DNA of 62,000 bases, taken from positions 1 through 62,000 of the forward strand of contig NW_021832244.1 of the NCBI RefSeq assembly GCF_006345805.1, in the 5' to 3' direction. Below the pieces are notes generated by a model. That model worked only from the letters and a program-made list of their open reading frames with translations, searched no databases and was not told the origin of the DNA. How positions within the stretch are numbered: the first letter of the stretch is position 1; each line of letters begins with the position of its first letter. Shown one piece after another: positions 1 to 12,713 of the stretch. Made by a program: the position numbers and the translations under genes. The DNA is from Octopus sinensis (lineage: Eukaryota).

Positions 1-370
1 AAATATAAAGACCTACTCATTGAAATTAAGAAAATGTGGCATCTCAAGGCGGTTACAATACCAGTGATCGTAGGAGCACTAGGAATGATCAAGAAGGGAA
101 CCGAAAATTATATGAGAATGATCCCTGGCTTACCATCCCTGCAGAAGTGCAAAAGATTGTCTTAACTGGTACATCACACGTTTTGAGAGCGATTGTCGAT
201 GTGAGAACTGTTGCTGCTCATGTATTTTAATTTAAAAAAAAAAAAAAAAATGAACGATCTACTGAGTTTGGTTTAATGGCCTACCAATGTATACTATGAG
301 TTTCTTTGCCCTAGGAGTCGGTAAGACACTCGGCAAGAAATGGAAGCAAATTTGAAAGAAGAAAAAAAAA

Positions 371-407
<37 letters not shown>
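1..407 (+). mobile_element. 3' end of R4/Dong-type non-LTR retrotransposon (family 1) with (TAA)n tail
   Basis: Frame 1 from base 1 reads KYKDLLIEIKKMWHLKAVTIPVIVGALGMIKKGTENY, the RLE endonuclease C-terminus. It is nearly identical to the end of the 47-51 kb element. The 3' UTR is followed by (TAA)n at 372-407. Confidence 0.9.
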
Positions 408-408
<1 letters not shown>

Positions 409-777
409 CGGCAGATGACAACGTGTCTCTAAATGAAATGGAGAAACTTTCAAAAAACAAAGACCTGGAAATAGAGGTAACTAGAATGTGGAATCTAAAA
501 ATAGAAACAATTCCTCTTATTTTAGGTGCATTAGGCATGAAAAAAAATATTCAGACAAATACATACCAAAAACACCAGGACTTACAAACACATATAACAT
601 ACAGAAAATTGCACTACTAGGCACTGCACACATCCTACGCAGAACATTTTCCATACAATAAGCATCAGAGATCACAACAAATCACAGCACATACCCAAGG
701 CACACAGAGCTACGCTCGGTAGTGAAGTGAAAGCACGCTATAAAAATAAAACTACTGAAAATAATAATAATAATAAT
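408..777 (+). mobile_element. 5'-truncated R4/Dong-type element (family 2) with (AAT)n tail
   Basis: Translation gives EKLSKNKDLEIEVTRMWNLKIETIPLILGALG and, after a frameshift, NIQKIALLGTAHILRRTFSIQ*. The 3' UTR differs from family 1. TAA repeats lie on both sides. Confidence 0.85.
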
Positions 778-980
778 ATTTGTTATTTTTGTATTGGTTT
801 ATGTCTGTCTCTGTTTGAGTTGCATAATAGTGGTTGTATCTCTAATTTATATTTTATATATTTATATTGTGAAATTTGATTTCATACTAAACAGCTTTGA
901 CCATTTCATCAGACAGCCCGAATTTCACAGTTACTACCAAACAGCCTTTATTCAGCGGCATGGAATTCTTCTTCAAAAAC

Positions 981-1062
981 ATTTGAGACACACACATAAC
1001 ACACACACACCACACAACCACACAACACACACACATACACATACACACACCACACACACCAC

Positions 1063-1145
<83 letters not shown>
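981..1145. repeat. Compound microsatellite (CA)n-(TA)n-(GA)n
   Basis: Seen directly; flanks the Penelope palindrome. Confidence 0.95.
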
Positions 1146-1149
<4 letters not shown>

Positions 1150-2449
1150 TAGTAAAAAGTGAAAAAACTACAGAAGGCTTGTTTTAAAAGGTTAAAAAAT
1201 ATATATTTTTGAGTCAATATGTCTGAGGAATATTAAAAAATTTTTTGTTACAATGACATAGTTTAGAAGAAAAACCGGTTTCGCGTTTAGCTTTTCAAAT
1301 TTCTTACGTCGTTATGTTTATGTTGAGCCGAGTTATCGTTATGTTTATGTTGAAAAGAGTTCTAAATAAGGGGAGGTAATGAGTGATTTCTTCCGGTGTA
1401 AGGGAGATAATCGCTTAAAATTTTTTGCCTTTCCCTTGGTGTGAATTTCTCTGTATCAGTATGTTGGAATGGTTAAGTCTGGGCTTGTACTTTTCAATGA
1501 AGAATGTTTCCTTGTTTAGTCTAATTTGTGTTGATGATCCGATAGCACATTGGTAAAATGGAAAGATTAAAAATTGTGGTAGTAGTTGCTTTGCGCATTT
1601 CTCAATGTGCTCACTAAAAGGTATCATTCTGTATCTGGGAATGCAATCTGTTGTCGATGCAGTGTGCATCTACGTCTGAGTGATAGTCCCGTGGACCCAC
1701 GTAGTCTTGGTGGCAGCCCGAGCATTTTATGACATAAATTATGTTTTCAGAGGCACAAGTAAAGTTAGATTTGATCTTGAATTTCTGTCCCTCTTTGAAG
1801 AGGAATTCTGATCCTTCTAGCAGGTTTGGACATGTTGCACAGTTCGATCTACCACATTTTTTACTTTTGCATCCGTAATATCAGAAGACAATTTTGCCTT
1901 TGTGAGAATGTTTTTAAGTGATTTAGGTTGTTTGTAGCTTTTAATGATTTGGTGTATGTTAGAATTTCCTTTAATTTGGGGTCCTTATGAAGTATTGGTA
2001 AATTCTGGGTGATGATGGTGAAGACTTCTTTGTTTCTGGGGTTGTATGTAGATATGTAAGGTAGTATTTTCGGGGAAGGTGTCTTGTTGTGTTGAACTTT
2101 TCTTAAAGTTTCTATGTTGATTTCTGTTGCACGTCTGATCCCATCCTCTATGAGTTGAGCTGGTAATGTCTGTCAATTAGGGTGTTTTTGAGTTCTTGCA
2201 GTTAAAGTTCCTGGTATTTTGTTCTGACACTATTGTGCATATCCTTCTTGCAAGGTTGAAGGGGATGTGTTTTAGTGTGTCTTGGGTGGCATGAATTAAA
2301 AAGAAGGTATTGTTTGGCGTCTGTGGCTTTGTAAAAAAGGTCTGTTTCTAGTTTAATGTTAACTTTTTTAATTAGCATATCCAAGAACGGGAGCTCCTTT
2401 TGGTTGTATTCCATTGTGAACTGTATATTTGAGTTTATGTTGTTCAATA
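1144..2449 (-). mobile_element. Inverted arm of a Penelope-like element (RT C-terminus + GIY-YIG + 3' tail)
   Basis: Reverse complement of 2456-3760. ORF pieces 1415-1669, 1985-2176 and 2202-2501 match the plus-strand arm. Confidence 0.92.
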
Positions 2450-2674
2450 AAAACCTATTGAACAGCATAAACCCAAATATACAGTTCACAATGGAATACA
2501 ACCAAAAGGAGCTCCCGTTCTTGGATATACTAATTTAAAAAATTAACATTAAAATAGAAACAGACATTTTTTACAAGCCACAGATGCCAAACAATACCTT
2601 CTTTTTAATTCATGCCACCCAAGACACACTAAAACAAACATCCCCTTCAACTTGCAAGAAGGATATGCACAATA

Positions 2675-3451
2675 GTGTCAGAACAAAATACCAGGAACTT
2701 TAAACTGCAAGAACTCAAAAACACCCTAATTGACAGACATTACCCAGCTCAACTCATAGAGGATGGGATCAGACGTGCAACAGAAATCAACATAGAAACT
2801 TTAAGAAAAGTTCAACACAACAAGACACCTTCCCCGAAAATACTACCTTACATATCTACATACAACCCCAGAAACAAAGAAGTCTTCACCATCATCACCC
2901 AGAATTTACCAATACTTCATAAGGACCCCAAATTAAAGGAAATTCTAAACATACACCAAATCATTAAAAGCTACAAACAACCTAAATCACTTAAAAACAT
3001 TCTCACAAAGGCAAAATTGTCTTCTGATATTACGGATGCAAAAGTAAAAAAATGTGGTAGATCGAACTGTGCAACATGTCCAAACCTGCTAGAAGGATCA
3101 GAATTCCTCTTCAAAGAGGGACAGAAATTCAAGATCAAATCTAACCTTACTTGTGCCTCTGAAAACATAATTTATGTCATAAAATGCTCGGGCTGCCACC
3201 AAGACTACGTGGGATCCACGGGACTATCACTCAGACGTAGATGCACACTGCATCGACAACAGATTGCATTCCCCGAATACAGAATGATACCTTTTAGTGA
3301 GCACATTGAGAAATGCGCAAAGCAAATACTACCACAATTTGTTAATTTCCTTTTACCAATGTGCTATCGATCATCAACACAAATTAGACTAAACAAGGAA
3401 ACATTCTTCATTGAAAAGTACAAGCCCAGACTTAACCTTCCAACATACTGA
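2675..3451 (+). CDS. Partial Penelope-like ORF: RT thumb/linker and GIY-YIG endonuclease (258 aa, truncated)
   Basis: GIY-YIG-like IYVIKC / YVG motifs, a Cys-rich linker and terminal EKYKPRLN, all typical of PLE ORFs. Confidence 0.85.
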   Translation: MSEQNTRNFKLQELKNTLIDRHYPAQLIEDGIRRATEINIETLRKVQHNKTPSPKILPYISTYNPRNKEVFTIITQNLPILHKDPKLKEILNIHQIIKSYKQPKSLKNILTKAKLSSDITDAKVKKCGRSNCATCPNLLEGSEFLFKEGQKFKIKSNLTCASENIIYVIKCSGCHQDYVGSTGLSLRRRCTLHRQQIAFPEYRMIPFSEHIEKCAKQILPQFVNFLLPMCYRSSTQIRLNKETFFIEKYKPRLNLPTY

Positions 3452-3600
3452 TACAGAGAAATTCACACCAAGGGAAAGGCAAAAAATTTTAAGCGATTAT
3501 CTCCCTACACCGGAAGAAAGAAATCATTACCTCCCCTTATTAGAACTCTTTTCAACATAAACATAACGATAACTCGGCTCAACATAAACATAAACGACGT

Positions 3601-3637
3601 AAGAAATTTGAAAAGCTAAACGCGAAACGTTTTTCTT
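3601..3637 (+). ncRNA. Degenerate minimal hammerhead-like motif in the PLE 3' tail (mirror copy 1267-1305, minus)
   Basis: AAGAAA-UUUGAAAA-GC UAAAC GC-GAAA-CG-UU-UUUCUU. Helix I and a palindromic helix III are present, but the core is non-canonical. Confidence 0.35.
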
Positions 3638-4279
3638 CTAAACTATGTCATTGTAACAAAAAATTTTTTAATATTCTTCAGACATATTGACTCAAAAATA
3701 TATATTTTTTAACCTTTTAAATCAAGCCTTCTGTAGTTTTTTCACTTTTTACTATTTTCTATATATTCAACCACGTGCTTTCATAAACCAACTTTCTTAT
3801 CTATCTATATATATATATATATAAATGTAATCCACCTGGATCTACGCTGCATTGCACCTAAGGATTCATGCTCTTGTTTCTATAACTTCGAAAAGTTGAA
3901 CTATAAGCTTTTATGCTTTTTTTTCCTCTCTTTATTCTTTTACTCGTCATTTCATTAATATTTATCATTCTCATTTTCCTTATATTTTCCCTAATTGTCT
4001 CTGACGATGGAATATCCCATACTCGGGTATATGCCACAAACAACTGCAAGACTTTGAATTTTTTCCAATAAAAAAATTGCATACGACTTGAAATGTTTGC
4101 CTTGCTTTAACGTTTGTTGTCCTCTTTAACAATTATATATCCCCTGCATCGGAAATCTGCAATGGCTTCATAACTACCATCTCGGCCAGAACTTTGGAGC
4201 ACTTGTAATCCGTTAAAGCACTTACCTAGCGTATCTAATCGTTTAGATCACCTGAACTAAACCCCCATACTTTATGTGT

Positions 4280-4484
4280 ATATATAGATATAGATATATA
4301 TATGTATGTATGCATATATTATATATAATATATATAATTATATCTTATATATAATTATTACTTAATAATGAAGGGTTCTAGTGTTAGCACCAACCCAAAT
4401 CTACACAAAAGGTGATATTGTTGTAAACAATATCCTTGCATTTCATATATATATATATGCACACATATATATGTGCGTGTAAAC

Positions 4485-4518
<34 letters not shown>

Positions 4519-4572
4519 CATATGCATATATATATATATATGTATATATAGATATATATATATATATATATA

Positions 4573-4611
<39 letters not shown>

Positions 4612-4635
4612 TATATATATAACATATGCATAATA

Positions 4636-4675
<40 letters not shown>

Positions 4676-4682
4676 TATTATA
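4280..4682. repeat. Long imperfect (TA)n microsatellite
   Basis: Seen directly. Confidence 0.95.
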
Positions 4683-4920
4683 GAGCGTTTTGGAAATTCC
4701 TTGATACAGAGATATTTTCTCAAAGAGTTAAAACTGAGAAAAGAACCTATGTGCTTGTAAACGTTAAGAATTGAAAGCGCTTGCACATCTCTAAAAGCCG
4801 ACACACATTTTGTGAAATCTCTTCCCAAAGAATAGTGTCTTTCGACTTTCAAAAAGGGTTTTTTACTCAATCTTAACTCTTTGAGAAAAAATCTTCTCTC
4901 CAAATATGTGTGTGTGTGTG

Positions 4921-5268
4921 TGGCACTCCATCGGTTACGACGACATGGGTTCCACTTGATCCGATCAACGGAACAGCCTGTTTGTGAAATTAACGTGCAA
5001 GTGGCTGAGCACTCCACAGACACGTGTACCTTCAACGTAATTCTCGGGGAGGTTCAGTGCGACACAGTGTGTGGCAAGGGTGACCCTCTTGAGTTACGTG
5101 TACATAGAAACAGGAAAAAAAGAGTTCGAGAAAATTGTGGTGAAAGAGTACAGCAGGGATCTCCACCACCCCTGCCGGAGCCTCATGGAGTTTCATGTGT
5201 TTTCGCTCAATAAATACTCACAACGCCCGATCTGGGAATCGAAAAACCACTGGGACACTGCGCCTCCA
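4921..5268 (-). mobile_element. tRNA-derived SINE (family R, tail type 1) with internal deletion in the tRNA head
   Basis: The minus strand starts GGAGGCGCAGTGTCCCAGTGG..TTTCGATTCCC (A and B boxes). It shares head and body with 37062-37465. Confidence 0.85.
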
Positions 5269-5307
5269 TATGTATATATATTATATATATATATATATAT
5301 ATAATAT

Positions 5308-5343
<36 letters not shown>

Positions 5344-5356
5344 TGAGTGAGTGAGA

Positions 5357-5428
5357 GATGGACGTGTGCCTCTCTGTGCAAGTATGTATGTCTATGTACA
5401 TATATACATACACACACACACACACACC

Positions 5429-5461
<33 letters not shown>

Positions 5462-5590
5462 TAAGAGAGAGAGAGAAGAGAGAGAGGAGAGAAAGATATG
5501 GACGTGTGCCTTTCTGTGCAGGTATGTATGTCTATGTACAAATATACATACACACACACACATACACATACATATATATATATATATATA
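5357..5590. repeat. Imperfect ~140-bp tandem duplication with embedded microsatellites
   Basis: ATGGACGTGTGCCTYTCTGTGCA(A/G)GTATGTATGTCTATGTACA occurs twice, at ~5358 and ~5498. Confidence 0.8.
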
Positions 5591-6106
5591 TAATATATGC
5601 GTGCACGTTTGTGTTTGTCTACATGCTTTTTAATGACAGCTCATTAACTTGGACGAGACAGACACATAACCAGCACTAACCAAGAATGGAAACCGTGTTA
5701 CAGAGTTTTAGTGTTATCTTACGAACAGTTTACCGCTTGTCTTCACAGAAGTTCTGCAAAGTCCGTTATCACTTTCATAAGTTAATGAAGTAAAGCATTG
5801 GCAAAGCTACGGTCAGAGACATCGTGGATCAAAAAGACGGTAAATGTCTCGCTAACGAAACGTCATAACCGTTTCGATTAACGCCCATTATAGAGAGAGA
5901 AAGAGAGAAGACCGTGAGGTAAAGGGAGAGGGAGATTGAGAGAGATCTCCATGGATTCATCTGCCATTGTATTGTACATATTGTATCAGTGCATATGAAC
6001 GTGTGCAGGTATATCTTATAGCAATTGTGTGGTGTATACGTGCATATATATATATATATACACACTCATATATATATATTATATATATATATATATATAT
6101 ATTTTC

Positions 6107-6139
<33 letters not shown>

Positions 6140-6253
6140 ATATATATTACAGTGCAGCGATGAGGGGGGTTTACGAATAGCAAGCTCATATGAGACGATC
6201 AAAGCGAAATGTGGACCCACCCACTTCGTCTTTTTCTCTGAACATGATGCAGG

Positions 6254-6307
<54 letters not shown>

Positions 6308-6310
6308 GTA

Positions 6311-6351
<41 letters not shown>

Positions 6352-6502
6352 TTCTGTCTGTCTGTCTGTCTATCTGTTTGTCTACCTAGCTCTCACTCAC
6401 CTTCTCTCTTACTCCCTCTCTCTTATGTACATACGTGTCAACATATACGCATACATATATATAGGTACAAATGTATACACGAATTCGCACAAGCACATTT
6501 AT

Positions 6503-6565
<63 letters not shown>

Positions 6566-6768
6566 GCGCTGTCCTCTCTCTCACTCCCCCTCTTCCTCCT
6601 CGCACGTACACAAACGCTCTTTCTCTCTTTCTGTCTCTCACCTATAACTCCCACCCTCACTCCAACACAGAAAATAATTACAATCGCTTTGTGTGATCGT
6701 GTAATGTTAATGATACTCTTCTAATCACATCCATTGTTTTATAGGCGACGTCGGTGGTGGAGCTGAGA

Positions 6769-6771
6769 CCG

Positions 6772-6826
<55 letters not shown>

Positions 6827-6960
6827 CAGTAGTGATGGTGCTCATAGTAGTAATAATGCTAGTAGTAGTAGTAGTAGTGGTGATGGTGGTGGTGGTTGTG
6901 ATGGTGGTGGTAGTAGTAGTAGCAGCAGTGGTAATACTGTTGTTGGTAGTAGTAGTAGTG

Positions 6961-7022
<62 letters not shown>
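6769..7022. repeat. (GTA)n/(GTG)n trinucleotide microsatellite
   Basis: Seen directly. Confidence 0.95.
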
Positions 7023-7023
<1 letters not shown>

Positions 7024-7524
7024 CTGTGCTGGTGACAGTGGTGGCGCTGCTTCAAGTATCTTGCCATTGTAATCATGATACCATTGTTGTTTTTTTCTTG
7101 TTCGTTAGCCCAAGGTCATCCGTTATCCATCAACCCTATGATCAACGAAAATCCAGCCGTGACGACTTCCACCTATTTCCCATGTTCCTCTCAAAAATTG
7201 CTATGATGATATTCACTCATAAGATTTCAGGTAAGAATTTCAGGAGGATTAGACTGTTCTTTCTAACATGCTAAGCAAGCACCACTCGTTGGCCTGGTGT
7301 TGGTAATAGAGGTGTGATAATGTGTGGTTGGCGATAATATTGGCTTCTCGATATTGCAGGAGGGCGGTGTGCTGATAAAGTTCATTTGTTAGAAGGATGA
7401 TAATATGGAGTGATTACGGAGACATTTGTGATGGTGGTGATTGTCGTGGTGGTGGTGGGGTCGAAATATTTATGTTGTCGTTGGTGTTGGAGGCAATGGT
7501 ACTAGTAATATGCTTAGAGATGCT

Positions 7525-7559
<35 letters not shown>

Positions 7560-7566
7560 TTATATA

Positions 7567-7599
<33 letters not shown>

Positions 7600-7647
7600 A
7601 TATATATATAATATATATACATATATATATGTATAATGTATATATAT

Positions 7648-7955
7648 ATATGTATATAACGGGAAGCGTTACGAAAATAAACAAAGCGAAGGCAGGTGGA
7701 GTACAAACAAACAATTGTATTAGTATGGCGCTCAGGAAGAGAAATAAAACAAGCCTTTTACGTTTTGAGCCTACGCTCTTCAACAGAAAGATACACAGAA
7801 AAGAAACAAAGAGAGAAACAAGGAGAGAAAAAAAATGCGTGTAGGAGCTAACGATTCAACATGGCGGTCTGATTTCAGCCAGACGTCAGAGATCAGACGT
7901 GAGACGCAAGAGGGATAGTAGGGGATATAACAGGGTCAAATGACTTCGCCCCAAC
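7648..7955 (-). mobile_element. Short TA-flanked element (family D) carrying a hammerhead-like motif
   Basis: Homologous to 38178-38325, bounded by (TA)n on both sides, with the motif at 7755-7790. Confidence 0.65.
7755..7790 (-). ncRNA. Minimal hammerhead-like motif, family D (G12 mutated to A)
   Basis: CUUU-CUGUUGA-A-GAGC GUAG GCUC-AAAA-CG-UA-AAAG. Confidence 0.5.
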
Positions 7956-7960
7956 ATATA

Positions 7961-8001
<41 letters not shown>

Positions 8002-8679
8002 TGCTACTAATATAGGATGAAGTTTTTTTTACAGAAACAATTTCATCAAAAAGTGACAGCATACTTGAAGTACCTTTAAAGGTTAAAATTATAAACAACA
8101 CTTGCAGTGAGTATATAATGATAAGTGGAAATTGACGATTTAAAAGTCTGTCCTCAGCATATTGGCATGGAAATTATTTTCTTTTACCCATGTTTATATG
8201 TTGTATATATATATATATACACATATTATAAGAGGTCTTTCGTACGTATGTGTGTGTGTGTGTGTTTGTGTGTGTATCTGTGTGTGTGGTGTGTGAAAAT
8301 TTAAGATTATACCTTTTTGTTCACTATGAAGGTTTGACCAGAAACAGTAATAACCTCATTACTAGCCATACCAACGGCGACAACACTCGAAACTGTTGTG
8401 ACGGCATGTCAAAGAGAGTAGCAGAAAAACCGTCAACGGTTTCACAAATTCACCAGCGGGACGGAAGAATGCATTGCTATTTCTACCGCTCCAGCAGCAA
8501 CACACTGTATTAGCACCAACAGAACCACTGCTTCCACGCTAGTAATAATCAATGATTGCCCCAGCAGCAACAAAGGTAATAACAGCAGTGGGAGCGCGGC
8601 ATGATGCCGCTCATTCGCTGGTATTGCAAAAATATTTTATTTAATATCATTGGATAAATCTCGTCATCATGGTAGAGCA

Positions 8680-9060
8680 AGCGTAGCAAGCCCTGCTTCG
8701 CAACCGCATTGCTCCGGGTTTAGTGCCACTGCGTGGCGCTTTGGGCAGGTGTCTTCTACTATAGCCTCGGACGTTGTGAGTGGATTTTTAGACAGGAAGT
8801 GAAAGAAGCCTGTCCAGGTGGTGCTATTAAGTTAGACATGGCCTGGGCCAATAATGGCCGAAACCTATCAAAGTATCAAAGTATATATATATATATATTT
8901 AATATATATATATATATATAGTATATAGATATTTGTTTATGCGCTTGTTGTTTGTGTCTGTGTTTGTCCTCCCACCAATGTGGGCATTTACTAATTCGAG
9001 GCACAGATAGAAAAGTATTCAGTCGACCTGCAAAGGTAGAATTAGGGGATTTAAAGTGTT
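8680..9060 (+). mobile_element. Degenerate bipartite SINE (family B/C)
   Basis: GTGCCACTGCGTGGCGCTTTGGGCAGGTGTCTTCTACTATAGCCTC, followed by (TA)n and remnants of the C part. Confidence 0.65.
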
Positions 9061-10084
9061 ACTAATTTAAATGAAATAGAGAATGGTCTGGATAAAAATT
9101 GCAAATATATCACAAGAACTAGAGTTCTGGTGCGCGGTGAAATGCAAGCTGCTGGAGAAATTTAGCAGCTGCTGAAAATAAATTTCGAAAGGTAAATTTG
9201 GATTAGATGAGGTTGAAGATCCTCATTCAGGTGAAACCTTGGATACTGGGCAGGGCCCCCGACCTATCATAAATCCAGTGAATCCAATAACATCAAGTAT
9301 TAGGAGAATTTAGAACTACATACCACAAACGTGGCAACCCCTGTCACTCCAAAGCCTTTTGCCACCAACAACAGCAGAAAGCAATCTAAGATTCTGGGTA
9401 CAAGAAAACTGCGAACACATGCTTCTTTCTCAATAAGCGTCCTCAGCACAGCAGTTGTACTATTTCTCCTTCAGGAGAAGGAGAAATTTTGAAATAGGCT
9501 AAAAGGGGTAGAACAATTTATAACCTAAGTAGTGTGCATGAATAAAATCGAAATTATCGAAGAAAATATCTTAGAGTGGCTTGTGGCAAGTGTGCTAACA
9601 AACTGATGTTATATTCATTCAACAGTAATTTTATAAACAAATCTCATCCATAAGATATAAGTAAGCATTTTATTTTTCTCCTTAAAATAAAAGGTAAACG
9701 ATATTTACAATATTTCTTAACAAAATATATCTATTACGGCAAAAGTTACACTGAGTGTGCATATTCAAATTCCTCTGGTACCTCATCAAACACCTTTTAC
9801 AACTCAGCATACATCTACTTGGACATATCATTGTTTGTGCATCATAGACTTATTGGACATTTCAGAATGTGCAGCATCCATTCATATCCAGATGAACCAG
9901 TGTCAGTCAATGAAGCCCTAAAACTCTGTCTAAGCGACATTCTGATGCAACCCAGAATATCTCTGCACAATCACAGCCATTCAGATATTTTTCCATCAGC
10001 ATCTACGTTGTTCTCGAAGGTACTTCGACTCATTCTTGTAAATCACACACACACACACACATTCAGGACAAATGGAAGAAATGT

Positions 10085-10118
10085 TTGACGTTTCGAGCCT
10101 ACGCTCTTCTACAGAATG
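10085..10118 (-). ncRNA. Minimal hammerhead-like motif, family D
   Basis: AUU-CUGUAGA-A-GAGC GUAG GCUC-GAAA-CG-UC-AAA; helix I is weak. Confidence 0.5.
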
Positions 10119-10181
10119 GAATGAGAAGAAAAAACAGGTGGAAAGACGAGAAGAGAAACGGAGAGAAATAAAGGTCTAGAC

Positions 10182-10368
10182 CAGTGCTTTTCGACATTTT
10201 TGCTGGAGCGGAACCCCAAGGAAACATTCCACTGGCTCGAGGAACCCCTGTGCAATAATTTAATAGGCTTATGCACACAGGAGAATTAAAAATTACTGCC
10301 GATTTTAGCAGTTTTGTAACTTTTTGCGGAACCCTAAGGTTCCGCAGAACCCTGGTTGAAAACCACTG
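10182..10368. mobile_element. hAT-superfamily MITE (187 bp)
   Basis: TIRs CAGTGCTTTTCGAC / GTTGAAAACCACTG (12/14). Perfect 8-bp TSD GTCTAGAC at 10174-10181 and 10369-10376. Confidence 0.9.
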
Positions 10369-10783
10369 GTCTAGACTAACGGTTGTGCATATGTGTGTGT
10401 GTGTATGCATTTATGTATATACTGTATAAATTAACCCGGGGAAAGTATGCACATCTCATATTCTCCCTATATTGAACACAGGGTTCTTCTGCATGAATAA
10501 AAAGGAAACCATTTCCCTCCAGTAGCACACACAGTGGCTTGGCATCAGGTAAACGGAAGTAAGTAAAAGCAAAAAGAAAAAGCAAAAAAAAAAACAAAAA
10601 ACAAGCACCAAACTGGAACAAAACGAAAACAAAATGTTCGTCGTGTTTTCTCATTTTCACACTGCTGTCATTCACGTTGTAACTTTAGTGACACCACACG
10701 TTGTGTGGTCGATGTGTAGCCTGTTTCCCCATTTGTCCTACCAATACAACTAACAATAATAATACCAACACCACTAATGCCAA

Positions 10784-10827
<44 letters not shown>

Positions 10828-10845
10828 ATAATAATAATAATAATA

Positions 10846-10889
<44 letters not shown>

Positions 10890-11140
10890 TGTCAGTCTGG
10901 CTTATATTGTACGGACGAGATTGTCAAGCGGCGACATATGTCTCCAGTCATGTATTATCGTATAGAGTCAGCGTTAGCGTCAACTAACAGTTTACATCTT
11001 ACAGCTATCTCACCTAACTACACAAAAACATCGTCATCGTAGTCGTAGTCGTGGTCGTGGTCGTCATCATCATCAGCATCATAATCATCGTCAATGTCAT
11101 CACCAATTGCAGCAATTACAGCAGTGGCAGTAGTTGTAGT

Positions 11141-11171
<31 letters not shown>

Positions 11172-11311
11172 TGACGATAAGGGAAAGACGAAGTAAAGGG
11201 AGAGGAATTTTTGCAAGTTTAGGAGAAAAAGAAAAGAGGGAGAGACTGACTGACAGAGGATTGAAGAAGAACCCTAAAAATAACTGTTGTTGTTGTTGGT
11301 GGTGGTGGTGG

Positions 11312-11345
<34 letters not shown>

Positions 11346-12713
11346 AGACCGACAATGGCTGGTGGTTTTCCTGTCTGGTGCATATGAGGAAAAAAAGAGA
11401 GGTTTTAGAGACGGGCACACATTCCTATTTGACCAAACCCTGATCACTTTCTCCTAAGGCAATTTGGAGCGTGGGATGCGCGGGTAGAGTCCGACTGAAT
11501 GGACCGGCTCTCCGTTTACCGGAGAACACAGATGGAAGACTGGGAATCACTTGTCCTTATTAACACGGAAAATCCATGGACCAGAGCGTTCCAAGATTGG
11601 CCCCAGGTGGTTTCCCCCACCATTTTAGGATACAATTTATTTTGAATAACGCTGCTTTTTCTCTCTTTGCATTCTGTGTAGAAAGTTATTCTTCGACACC
11701 CTTCTACCAATAACAAAGAAATCCCGTTTTATGTTCAAATCGCACGCAGATAAACCTTTCCATTCTTTCTTCCGGGGTTGGTGAAATAAAGAACCCTTCA
11801 AGTATTTAGGATGGTTTAATTGACCACCCACCGCCCCCCAAATGTTTGGTACTTTGTTCCTATGCAAGTACGTAGCTTTTCTCCAACTGCTAAGCTATTT
11901 CAAAAGGTGTTTGTGACGTTCCAGGCTGAAAGAACTAAGGACTAAGGACTGAGACCTTCGTCGACCCATTTCCAAGTTCCATTTCGAAAAAAATATGAGA
12001 TTGTAGAATGAAGTTCTCTCCTTTAGTGTGAATTTCTCAGAAACACAAATGACTGTTACAAAAATGTCTTAGAGTAGATGTAATTAATTCAAGTGAGCGG
12101 TTGTTAGTCGGGAAACAGAATATGAGAAATTGTGTTTGCCCTATATGATCAGAGAGATTTTTAGAACCGGGTGGCCAAAGTTGGAGCGACTCCTGTCAAT
12201 TATATACGACGTAATGTTGTTGTTTGAATACATTGTACTGTCTCGACGTTTTCCTGATATTATTGAAGAATAAACACTGCATTATATTTGCATGTACAGA
12301 GGAACGTGCTTTAGTGGTAAGAATGGTTTCAATTCTTGGACAGAAGAATATATTGAATTCTTGAGCAAAAATCTCCCTTTCACATAACTCCAGTCCACTT
12401 ATACATCACAAAATTCTACAAACCGGAATTATATACGCCATAGAATCCAGGAAACCGAAAGATGCTGAACTCACTCCTCTGTCTTTGCACATATTTCAGG
12501 AAGCATATTTCACATTCTATCATGCAGTTGTTGTTTTGTGTGGCATATTATGACAGATTGTTCATGTAGTAGAACTCTCTCTACTATACTTCGCAATAAT
12601 GCGTGCACATGTTATTTCAAGCGGCATCTTGCGACACCCCAGACATGTGGTTCTCCTCCCACATCACATGCTGATTCTAGTGGTGGCCCATCGGAAGCAA
12701 GAAGCTTCTGAGT

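Larger units (their letters stand above)
2450..3800 (+). mobile_element. 5'-truncated Penelope-like element
   Basis: Reads IQFTMEYNQKELPFLD...YLLFNSCHPRHTK (PLE RT C-terminus), then KCGRSNCATC and IIYVIKC..DYVGST (GIY-YIG). An AT-rich tail ends in (TA)n. Confidence 0.92.

Noticed and set aside
36-230. Repeated 64-68 aa ORF MASQGGYNTSDRR (also 39464 and 47360)
   Set aside because: It is an alternative frame of the Dong endonuclease C-terminus, conserved only because the copies are homologous.
3995-4035. CTGACGA followed by a short stem
   Set aside because: GAAA is absent and helix I does not pair.
4358-5035. 225-aa ORF
   Set aside because: It runs from a SINE tail through (TA)n; a chance open frame.
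6678-7076. Mucin-like poly-Thr ORF (also 45057-45428)
   Set aside because: Pure (ACT)/(ACC) microsatellite with no splice or domain context.
9205-9250. TTGAAGA..CCT/AGG stem..GAAA
   Set aside because: No UH triplet in register and no helix I.
9770-10088. 89-aa ORF or possible host exon
   Set aside because: No recognisable domain. The minus strand has a KVFDEVP word hinting at a decayed RT, but too little to call.
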